From NCBI RefSeq assembly GCF_003704095.1, contig NW_020847572.1, positions 372,001 to 436,000 of the forward strand: a stretch of 64,000 nt of DNA. Reading direction: 5' to 3'. The DNA comes from Pocillopora damicornis (taxonomy: Eukaryota). This document shows positions 53,622 to 63,717 of this stretch, one piece after another. A program made the translations under genes and the position numbers. The notes under the pieces were generated by a model that saw only the letters and a list, made by a program, of their open reading frames with translations, did not search any database and was not told the origin of the DNA. Each line of letters opens with the position of its first letter. Position 1 is the first letter of the stretch.

Positions 53622-54709
53622 NNNNNNNNNNNNNNNNNNNNNNNNNNNNNNNNNNNNNNNNNNNNNNNNNNNNNNNNNNNNNNNNNNNNNNNNNNNNNNN
53701 NNNNNNNNNNNNNNNNNNNNNGATGGAATGAAGGCTACGATGTTATACTTCAGTTTCAGTCCAAATTGTTTTAGTCTAACAAAAAATACCCTTAATTTGT
53801 TTCAATTTAAGGAAGACTCCAAAGAATGAAAACACGTCACGGCAAAACTAAATTTCTTAAGCATCCTTCGTCGGAAAACAAGAAGCCCAACATAGGTTAA
53901 GTTGACCATGATTGCCGCAGATTTACCACGGGTTAATACCAGGCGATGTGCGCACTCTGATTGTGATGCATTGTAGTAGCGATATTTTCAATATGGCGGT
54001 GAAAGCGGCAGAAATCTGCAGATTTGGACAGAGCTTTCCGTAAAAGTTAGGTTGTTCCTTTTTTTCTGTCACCATAGGTACACGATATTTGATTGATTTT
54101 GAATGTGTAGAAGAATTTTTTGTACGTATGTGTCGCGTATTCAATGGTTCTCAAGGAGAAACGCAATTATTGTTTTTTAGAATGTAACTTGAGACCAGTT
54201 TTCGAGAAGGTCAAATTTGATGTACGTCGTTGTTTGAAGCCTTTCAAAAATTTGAATGGCCGCTTTGGTCCTCTTTAACAGCTCTGACTAAATGCTCTCG
54301 AATGCTCTCCAACGGTACACGTGTTTATGCATTTTAAGTGATAGTGTTTGAGACCGGTCATGGCCGCAAAAGGCCTATTGTTGTGTTTAGTGTATTGCGT
54401 TACACAGCGTTACCATTGTAAGGACATCCATGTATATTCAATCGTGTTGTAAATCTACTTTCCTAAGTAAAAGCAAATTAATTAATCACGAGTATTGTAT
54501 GGTAAATCTACTATCTTGATCACTGAATGAAGGACAGTTGAATTAGAGCAGTGAAAGGAATCACTTGACCAATGAGTAACTCTACATTGCACGAGACGAC
54601 ACGCCGGGTAAACCGGAGAGCACAAGGCAGCGCAGCAGCCGACCTTTAAAAGGTGTTGATAGGCTTGTGCGACTCTTGCCATCCGCTAACGCTTGGAAAT
54701 CTTCTGCCC

Positions 54710-55030
54710 TCAAAGTTTAGCTGTTATAAGGATATCTTTTAATGATTTTCCCTCGCGATTTGATAATAAGGGTTAGTTTTAAGGTGTCATTTCCCCATCT
54801 GTATTTTCTTTTGGCAATATAAATTTTCTTCTGTGTACGTCTGTTGTTTTAAGTATACTTTCTTTCCCGCAGAAAATTACTCCGGAGATACGTTCACAAC
54901 CTATATTCTACTCTATTCTTTAAGCGTGTTATGAAACTCTGTACTTTTTTTTTTATTAAACGTGGGGCGTGACGAATTCGTTCTTAGCAGGCGAAGGGCT
55001 TCTTCTTCTACGAATCCCGTATTTACGCCA
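54710..55030 (-). mobile_element. Penelope-like retroelement ORF remnant (C-terminal portion)
   Basis: Minus-strand fragments GFVEEEALRLLRTNSS (cf. the Penelope GFIKGEALRLLRTNSS-type motif) and REGKSLKDILITAKL*. Frameshifted and internally deleted. Confidence 0.6.
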
Positions 55031-55554
55031 ATGATGACACGAAAAAAGGTTAGTGTATCAGAAGGTCTTTTTAATGCTTTTAATATAAGACTCACGTCTA
55101 GGAATGTATTTTCTGAATTTTTTATTATTCACACAGCATATGAAAGTCACGCTCAACGAAAGGCTCTATCGGATATTGCGTGACACCCGCCGTGACCCGA
55201 CTGACCAAAGAATCTGCGAATTTTAGAAGATTTCGCTCTCTCTCTCTCATTTAAAGAATGTTATCGTTCTGTTACCTCCAGATTATGAAAGAAAAATATT
55301 TAGGCTTTACGTAGAGGTGTGAATTATACCGGTAAACAATAATCTTGTACTGGCAAATAAATCTTTTGTGTTGCTGACTCGCGATATTTTATGAAGCTTT
55401 GACCTCATTTTTCGAGATGGGGAAAGACTCTGGGCCGAGGTTTCTACAACGCATGCTGCCATCTGCGCGTTACCGCCAAATTTGAAAAGAATAATAAATT
55501 CCGCGTATTTTGATGTATAATTCATTAGGGTACGGTTAAGTTTCGGCCTGGCAA

Positions 55555-58061
55555 ATGGGCCTTGAAGTCAACGCTTTAGTTCTATTTCTGCTGCTGACCT
55601 TTGTAAACAGCGCGAGTGCGATATAAGAGGAATTCGAGCGAGCAGAACCCGGAGATGTCCCTTCATTTACATACGAAATAAACAAGTAAGTATCTATTCA
55701 AGCTTAGTTAATTTATTCGAAGATTCATTGTGTTAAAGAGCCTTTTCGTCTTGTTTTGTAGCTACCTCATCTATTCAGTCTGTAAGGAACTAGAAGGGAA
55801 AATCGACGACTTAAGTACCGAGTCCGCTTCGTCGCCAAGAATAAAAAGAATTTTCGAAGAGTCTGCGCTAATGTAATCATCAACAGTCGTATTGTTAATG
55901 TCTTCAAGAAGAAAATTTCGCTTCTTCTCTCGGCATTGAAGAAAGCTGGTCAAAAAGGCAGTCGCCATGTTAAGAAGCTTAAGGAAAAATGGCAGAAAGA
56001 AGCGTACTCATTCAAGGTATTTTATGATGAAATTGAAACATGACAGCTACACCAGGAGAACAGGGGTGTGCGTGGACAAAAGAGAAAGCTGGAAGCATCC
56101 CTCACAAATGAACAGGCGAAAAGGCTAAAGGTAGAAGAGAAACTCGAACAGGTACTTAAGAAGACAGAAAAGAAGGATGAAAACTACAAAAAGAAATTTA
56201 AGATTCTAGCGCGTAAAATTGCAAAACTATAGAGAGATGGAAAGAGAGGGCCGGACAAAAAGAAAAAATTTATCGATTATACGAAACCGCATCAGTCACG
56301 TCTTCGACAACAGATGAAGGAAAACTGTCAGCCAAAACTATCCTTCCTTGGATTGAATGATTTTATTGCCACAAAAGTAGAAGTTTTCAATGGCGAAACT
56401 CAACAGTACGAGACATTTCCTTGATTGATCAAAACGAGCTTCCACTAAAGGACAACGACTCAACGGAACTGACAGATGAAAATTTGGGTGACATTAATAT
56501 GTGGATCTATATTAAAGATAGATTTCAAATGAGGCTTGGCATGAGTTGGCCACGAAAACCAAACAGATGCCAAACAATTATAAAACAGAGAAGAAATTAA
56601 AGGACTTTAATGCAAAATGGGATCTCCAACCCACACCTGGCCAAGCCAAAGGAGTCCAGTTGGGTTTTAAAGAATGTTTAGAGGAACAAGTAATCAGGCT
56701 TCAGGGGAAAGGAGTTTTTAACATGAACACAAAAATCAAAGTTAAAATTAGTGGGGATGGGACTAACATTGGCAAAATGCTCAAAATTGTTAATGTACCT
56801 TACACAATATTAAATGAAAGAGATATTGCAATGAGTGAAAAAGGCAACTATATTCTTGCCATAATCAAAACTACTGTAAGCTATGATAATTTAAAGGCAA
56901 GCATTGCAGATCTTAATGATGAAATGCTGAATTTAAAGGAATTGTGTGGGTGATTATAAATATGACATTGAATACTTTTTGGGAGGGGATTGGAAGTTCT
57001 TAGCTTATGTGTGTGGTTTGGGTGCAGCAAATCTTGTATTTGGTGCAAGTGTCCCAGGAGTGAAAGGTTTGATGCAACAAGAAGTGGTCCCTCACAGACA
57101 GGTCCCTTGGTGTAAGATCATGTGAAGAAATAACCAGCAATGCAAAATCTGAGAAGTTTAATTGTAAATCAGAGCCTTTATTTTCTTTTGTTCAAATTGA
57201 TCATGTCATGATTGACAAACTTCACTTATTTTTGAGGATTTCTGACAACTTGATTGAGCTTCTTATCCAGCAACTTTGTAGGGAAGATGCTATAGATGAA
57301 GTGAAAACTTTTCCTAGTGGATTTACAAGGGAGAAATATAAACATATGGCTGGATATGAAAAGTTTCTGAAGAACATTGGTATTTCCTTTGACTGGAGTA
57401 AACAAAGACTCCAAGAAATTAGAATATAGAGACCTTACTGGACCAGACAAACTGCTTGTTATGCAAAGCATAAATTTCCAATCACTCCTTCCCAACTTCA
57501 AGCAAACTAAAGAAGTGGAGAAACTATGGGCCAGTTTTATGGAAATTATTGGAGACCTGAAGCTTGAGTTTACAACTGATGATGCTATCACTCAGTTAAC
57601 AAATAATCATGGTTTGATAAGTCTCTATGCTTGTATCAAGCCAAAGATGTTACCCCATACATGCATGCACTATATGCTCATTGCCTGAATTCTTAAAACT
57701 CTATTTAAACATATCCTATTTTACAAAACAAGGAGAGGAAAAATATAATGATACTGCAACCAAACACTATTTTAGATCCTCAAATCATAGGGGAATTTCT
57801 GCTCTAAAACAGATTCTCTTGAAGAAAAATAGAATACAGCTCTTAGAAGCAGCTGGCATGGAGAGAATAAAGAAAAGTTACAAGTGTAGGAATTGTGAAG
57901 GTCTTGGTCATACCATAAAGACATGCTCTGCTAACTGTATGAAATGCCAGACTGCAGTTTGTTGTGCACACCCTATTAAAGTTGATGGAAGGTGGACACA
58001 GATGTACATTGTAAATTTCTCTCTATTGACTTTAACTTTGAGGGCTTGGCTTCCTAGTTGA
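55555..58061 (+). pseudogene. RAG1/Transib-like DDE transposase pseudogene (multiple stops and frameshifts)
   Basis: Reconstructed across frames: RGPDKKKKFIDYTKPHQSRLRQ (NBD-like, ~56245-56310); WIYIKDRFQ..NEAWHELA (DDBD-like); KIKVKISGDG (D at 56756); YFLGGDWKFL (D at 56988); CIWC (57035-57046); IDKLHLFLRI; LTGPDK; VTPYMHALYAH.PEFL; FTKQGEEKYN (E at 57738); CRNCEGLGHTIKTC (57885-57926). The order matches RAG1 D600, D708, C727/C730, H937/H942 and E962. The 5' boundary is uncertain (possible exon 55555-55685 and intron 55686-55761). Confidence 0.85.
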
Positions 58062-58283
58062 CATGTTGATTACTGTAAATATAAATAAATGTAATATCTA
58101 TGGTTAGTTAAGATATTCCAAAACTCTTTAAACTTTAGTGTAAACAAATGTTTTCATTCACTCAATTTCAATAATTAACTGACAACTATTATAAATTGAT
58201 AATAAAATATATTCAAACAACAATAACTGTAGATGTGTGATTGTGATTAACTCTTTAATTTAGCAGTCCCCCCTTGTTATGTA

Positions 58284-58967
58284 CTAATGTCTATTTCCAT
58301 CTCCACGAACAAAAGTAAAAACAAGCTGATGGTCATCTTCAATTTCTGACCTCACATACTTTCCCCCTATGAGCTTGTATTCTATTATAGGGTTCCTTTC
58401 TGTAAACCAAAATCTCACAGTTCCTTCTGTCACATAAGCATAATCACCATTTGCGTTTAAAATCCATCCATCCCATATGACCCCCAGAAAGGTGTCTAGG
58501 TCGTGATTACAAATCCGATAGACTTGCTTGTTTCTTTCCCTTCTTGCGCGAGCAACAATACTCACTTCGAAAACATCCTCTTCCACAGGAATTTCAATCC
58601 TGATTTCTGGATCGTACTTCCTTCCAGAGTATAGTTTACGCTTCACTTCCCCACACATGCGGTCTTGGAAGAGATGCAAACGATCGTCTATAGATTCCAT
58701 GGATGGTGTAAATTTATGTTCCAATCGCACAATAGTAAAGGTTTTACCATCATATGGCCTCCATTCGTCGAATTTATCACTAAATCCGTTAAACTGTATT
58801 TTTACTCGCTAGCCTTCTTTGTCGACCTCTTCCAACGCAATTTCGTAAAGGCGATTGTCCTTTTGACGCTTTGGCATTCCGCCCTTATCAGCTACAGCTT
58901 TTAACGGGTTTATTTCATTGATTAATCGCTTTGGGGCTTTGATTTCTCTTTCCACTCTGGCCGCCAT
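58284..58967 (-). pseudogene. Transposon ORF2: ~227-aa protein with an N-terminal chromo-barrel/Tudor-knot-like motif and one premature stop
   Basis: ATG in a strong aaacATGGCG context at 58967. ORFs 58809-59030 and 58284-58730 share a frame and are separated by a single TAG (58809-58811). Read-through gives LYEIALEEVDKEG*RVKIQFNGFSDKFDEWRPY, matching the chromo-barrel pattern Y..(V/I)HY.G(W/F/Y)...DEW. Confidence 0.7.
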
Positions 58968-59112
58968 GTTTGTTTTTATCATTCGCGCATTAAACTCTTG
59001 GTCATTCGCGAGAGTTTGGAGAGCCTGCAAGTTGAAGCAAATGTTAACCCTTGTATGAAATAACTTTAATATGCATCGGCTGTGAATGTAACTGCTGTCG
59101 TTTGTGTATATT

Positions 59113-59474
59113 AGGGACCTTAAGCAGTCGAGACGGCAACCCCAAGGAAGAATTCGTTTAAAACATAAATTGCTGCCTTTGATTAGAATTTAAAAAATGG
59201 CTACATTTATTCACCGTCTCATACAGCGTCACACTTCAGCATAACGTATAAAAGAAGCTTCGAGTTCCAAATGGAAATTAAAATAATTTGCCGTTGCGGT
59301 TTCGGTTCGCAGACGACGCAAATTGAGGTGATTTCTCGTTGCTGTTTTGCCTAGGGAGGCTAACAAATGTACTAAGTTTTAAAACGCACGTGCTGAGCTA
59401 TTGTTTCGCCAATTAGATCTTTTATTTTTCCATGTCCTTGTTGCCGTCGCCGTCGTGGTTTGCTTAGGGTTCCT
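59113..59474. mobile_element. MITE (362 bp), probably PIF/Harbinger-type
   Basis: TIRs AGGGACCTTAAGCA / TGCTTAGGGTTCCT plus subterminal gacggcaac/gttgccgtc. ATT is duplicated on both flanks (59110-59112 and 59475-59477). Confidence 0.7.
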
Positions 59475-59994
59475 ATTCTTAGGCAGGACTGCAGTCTCGA
59501 TTCTTTCTGAATCTCGTCAGTTGCCTCGAAACGGAGGAACGACAAGAATCGCGCAGGCCTGTAAACACTTTTTAACTTTCGAAGGAACGGCAACAGACGA
59601 TGAATCCTCATTGCATTCCACTTATATTCACGCCACCTCGCTGCCACCAAAGGTTCACTTGATCGCGACAAGTGCAACTGACTCATATTTTGTGTTGCGA
59701 CCATGATGCAACGCGATCAGAGTACGCATACCGCGTAGACCGAGCAGAATTAGAAAGGCAATCACAATCAAGATATTGTTTGAAGGTTTTAAATTACATC
59801 CTTACCTCCAACCACAAATTTGCATTAAATTTAAAGAATTTGCACGCCGAACTTCACAGCGCAAAACAAAGGTACGAGAAAAAGGTTTTAATCGTTAAAA
59901 TACTCGAAATTGCCGATGTGTGATGAAAGTCTATCGCTACTTCTTTCAAGGGAAAACAAAGTGTACATTAGCTACATGTATGTTAGCGCTATTG

Positions 59995-60295
59995 TTACTC
60001 ACATGTTCTTTGTCCGTTTTAGTTTCTGGCGATTTCTGCCGTTTCAAGCTTGTTTTGCCAGTGATGGCAAAACAAGCTTAAGACGGCTGAAATCGCCAGA
60101 AACTACAACGGACACACAACATGTGAATAAGTTCCGTTGATTTTACGCGCAGAATGTTCATATTTCGAAATATTTGCCGGTGGTGGCGAAATAAGCTTAA
60201 AACGGCGGAAATCATCAGAAACTACCACGGACACACAATTTGTGAGTAAGTTCTATTGATTTAATGCGTAGAATGTTCATATATCGAAACATTTA
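59995..60295. repeat. Foldback palindrome (~66-bp arms centred ~60062) plus a 119-bp-period tandem duplication
   Basis: 59995-60060 is the reverse complement of 60065-60130. 60054-60172 is repeated, diverged, at 60173-60292. Confidence 0.85.
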
Positions 60296-61043
60296 TCGTT
60301 GTAAATCGACCGTATTTCGTTCCCCATACTATTCTTTACAGCGTGTTGAAGTATGTTGTTGTGGTTAACGAGTCACACAACGCGTGACACTTTCATGAAT
60401 TAATCGTTAACTTTTTCTCGAGGCGTGAGCTTGGGCCTGTGTTGTCAGGTGATGTCTACATTTGTGAAGCAGACAAACTACTTTGCATTTGGAGTTAGGG
60501 TCAAAAACGCTATCAATAGCTTCGAGTCTCATCCCGGGTGAAAGGTAACGAGGGCTGCTATAGAGCAGGTTGGTTGAATTTTTTTTTTTTGAATATGAAC
60601 ATTTAGTAATCTTGGTGGAAGGGAGGACACGATATGAGTGAATAATTTCCTTTCAGAGAGACGTAATGTTGTATGAAAAGCCCTTTTTACGCGATGTGGC
60701 TAGTTCCTCAGCTTTCATGGTATTATGATTGTCAAATTATCAGTGCCTTGTTGGGTTCATCAAACGACAATGTGGATTTGAAAGCAAGCACGAAGTAGTT
60801 TCGCAATCGTTGAATTTAGTCCTGATTGAAAATAACTACATTGTTGTTTTATAAAAGATGCTCTGATTTACTTGGGTAGGATCTTGTCGCTCATTAATGT
60901 TAAAGTTCGTATTTTCACAAACGCGCGCCATTTGATGTCAATACAGAGGTCGATCATAAAGTTCGTTTGTAGATTCTTGGCGAAAGCAAGTAAAATCACG
61001 AGCGAAGAGCGTTATTCTTGGCCACGCTATATTGACAAATTTC

Positions 61044-61480
61044 AGAATGAGGATGGTGACCACGGATTGAAAACAGAACTGTCCTTTCTTTACGTAGTTT
61101 TCAGCTACACGGCTCTATACTAGGATGTCTAACCTAAAAAGGTTACCATTCTAAGTTAAATGTTTACAGACGTTCACTTAAACAGTTGTCAAGGTCAGCC
61201 TTCATCCATGCTGTGTGACCTTATGGCCGAGACCCCCGATTGACCCGACTCGAAAGGGCGAGAATGAGGATGGTGACCATGGATTGAAAACAGAACTGTC
61301 CTTTCTTTACGTAGTTTTCAGCTACACGGCTCTATACTAGGATGTCTAACCGAAAAAGGTTACCATTCTAAGTTAAATGTTTACAGACGTTCACTTAAAC
61401 AGTTGTCAAGGTCAGCCTTCATCCATGCTGTGTGACCTTATGGCCGAGACCCCCGATTGACCCGACTCGAAAGGGCGAGA
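61044..61480. repeat. Near-perfect 217-bp tandem duplication
   Basis: 61044-61260 and 61261-61477 differ at two positions seen by eye (cac/cat, cctaa/ccgaa). aga microhomology at the junctions. Confidence 0.95.
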
Positions 61481-61796
61481 TTTGTAGTATTATTTCGTGT
61501 CAACACAAGCTCCAAAGCTAAACCGGGTTGATAGACGAATTTTAAAAGTTATCAGTTGCATAAGAACACATTAGTCATATTAGCGTAAATAATAAAATTT
61601 GCAATGCCTACAGATCCGAATATAATTATGCCTAATATTTTTTCACTTTAGCTCTAAACAATATCAAAAAGTGCCACTAAGTCCTTCGGGAAAGGAAAAG
61701 CAAGAGCTAAATAAGTGTGAAGCACAAGTTGAGGGAAAATTAGATGAGCTGGATCGAATAGTTTGTAGTAGTCAAAACCTCGACCAGGCTCGTCTC

Positions 61797-61935
61797 GGGT
61801 AAAGTTTCCGCACAGCCCTATACTATTGTTAAACAAATCTGTTTTCCCAAAGACAATGTATTGTTTTTGTCATTGTTTTCTCAATCCAAGAACTGAATGC
61901 ATAATGAAGGATAGGGCTGTGCGGAAATTTTACCC
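61797..61935. repeat. Short inverted-repeat element (25-bp arms)
   Basis: gggtaaagtttccgcacagccctat (61797-61821) and atagggctgtgcggaaattttaccc (61911-61935), one mismatch. Confidence 0.75.
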
Positions 61936-62241
61936 TGGTCTCGTTCAAGAACAAGATGAAATATATTTTAGAGGGGCTCAAAGGTCTCATTGAAAGATAG
62001 CGAAAAGGTGCGATTTTTCGATCTAAGTGTAACTCAGTCGAACAGGATAAGAAACAAGCGTGTACAACGGACCGGGCAATTCTTACAACCGATCAGGTGC
62101 GTACAACAGAAGGAAAAAATTTTCAACTAATCGAATAAGCGCGTACAATTTACAACCGAACGAGCTTAAAACTGAGTAAATAACCTAATGAGTAAGTCTG
62201 TACAACTGACAGAGTACTATGATAACAAGGTAATTTGGCAC

Positions 62242-62312
62242 TATCAACTGAGTTGATAACGTAATTTGGCCACCGTTAAGAATTTCAAAACTGAGGTTTC
62301 GAGCGTTAGCCC
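62242..62312 (-). mobile_element. Truncated Penelope-associated repeat (same family as 24215-24305)
   Basis: Shares tatcaa.tgagttga.aa.gtaa.ttggccaccgt. The minus strand has gggctaacgctcGAAAcctcag, the 3' half of a hammerhead. Confidence 0.45.
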
Positions 62313-62932
62313 GCCGGTAAACCAATTTAAAGTGCAGCCTGATGCTTTTCTAAAATAACTATTGTTTTACCTGTGCAATAAACGATAAGTTTTTGACCAA
62401 TCAGTAAGCTCATACTTTCTCTGTATTGTATAAAAAGGAGTATGAAGCACGCTCGCGCAATCAAATTTGATGACACGAATTTACTATCTATGTTATAAAA
62501 TCCTATTCGTAAATGTGGGGAAGTAAACATCTTTGAAATCACATAGGTCGTTTTAGACAAGGAGTAAACAACAATGCGCTTTGTACAATTTGTCCATTTT
62601 TCAATCTCTACCTACAATGGAAAACAAACCCAGCTGGCTTCAAAAGTAGTATGCCTCAAAGGTATTCCACGTATTGAGCTGAGTCACAAGGACAAAATCC
62701 AATTAGTGGCTCCTTTAGTTTTTTGCGTAAAAAAATTTCCAATCAGGAAAACGCAAATCAACCATAAGCCACGGACGATGTTTTTCATGTAAACAAACAA
62801 GTAATTCAAAAGTTAGCTGGCTACGTAGAAACATAGAAATCGGCCTAAAAAGACATGTTAACCGTTTTGTAATGAAGTCTTCACCTTGTTACGTTTACTC
62901 GTTCTCTACATTCGCTCGCGTGGAATTTTTAA

Positions 62933-63118
62933 CCCTCTAACTCCCAGAAGTGATTGACAAATTACTTCTACCTACAATTTACAGGTAATGAGAATGCTCA
63001 AATGTATTAGGCAAAAGTTGTTATCTCGATCTAACATCAAATTCTCGTAACTGATTTACAAGGAAATTTGTAGCAGCTAGAGGGGAGAACTAACAATCAG
63101 ATCTTGGGAGTTAAAGGG
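62933..63118. mobile_element. piggyBac-type MITE (186 bp)
   Basis: TIRs CCCTCTAACTCCCA / TGGGAGTTAAAGGG (one mismatch). Perfect TTAA TSD at 62929-62932 and 63119-63122. Confidence 0.85.
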
Positions 63119-63153
63119 TTAAACCAATTAATATCACTTTCATTTCACAGATC

Positions 63154-63717
63154 ATGTCGACGTTTATCTTTACGTCTGCAAGGAGGCAGTCATCTCGTCT
63201 CCGCCATGTCAGTCCGATAAAACTGGCTACTTCCTATTTCTTGTCTACAAAAATAAGATCAGTAACAGGCAGTATTTTTGAGCGAATTCCTAAAGAGGAG
63301 CTGGCACCGAAAACCAGACCACGGCTGCGAGACAGGGAGTTTCTCCCAGGCTCAACGGGTGAAGGATTCCCAGAGTTCTTGGCGGAGCCAAGTGACTCTT
63401 TCCCGCACGGAGTGCGAGTCAATACTAGAGACCAGTCCTCTATCTCAGAACTGGGTGCAAATTGCATGAAATACATAAAGGAAAACCTTACTGATAGCCA
63501 GGCGATATTGTTCCGCGGACTTCCAGTTGAAACAGCAGAGGACTTCTTGGCCTTAACCGAAGGAATGCGAGGCAAGCCTCTGAACTACGAGGGTGGTACT
63601 TCACCCAGACCCAAGGAAATAGAAAATTCTGATATCTACTTTGCCAGTGCTGAGCCTGGAGCGTACACCATCGAGTTACACAATGAAATGGCGTATCTCG
63701 AGACTTTCCCCAGGAAG
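63154..63717 (+). CDS. TauD/TfdA-family (clavaminate synthase-like / DdaC-like) Fe(II)/2-oxoglutarate dioxygenase, first coding exon; gene continues past the window
   Basis: Acceptor ttcatttcacag at 63150, immediately before atcATG. Motifs AILFRGLPV..AEDF, YEGGTSPR, EP..YTIELHNEMAY (H-x-E iron ligands) and FP.K. Donor AAG|gtattt after 63717. The Arg/Ser-rich, acid-free N-terminus resembles a mitochondrial transit peptide. Confidence 0.85.

Larger units (their letters stand above)
55132..59084 (+). mobile_element. Decayed RAG1/Transib-superfamily DNA transposon with two convergent genes
   Basis: Left end is CACAG-CATATGAAAGTCA. Right end, reverse-complemented, is CACAG-ccgatg-CATATTAAAGTTA. 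Contains a RAG1-like transposase on + and a chromo-barrel-like ORF on -. No clean 5-bp TSD (attca / aatgt). Confidence 0.75.

Noticed and set aside
58284-58967. Calling ORF2 a RAG2-like gene because of its position
   Set aside because: No kelch-type GG repeats or PHD cysteines, and too short for a six-bladed propeller.
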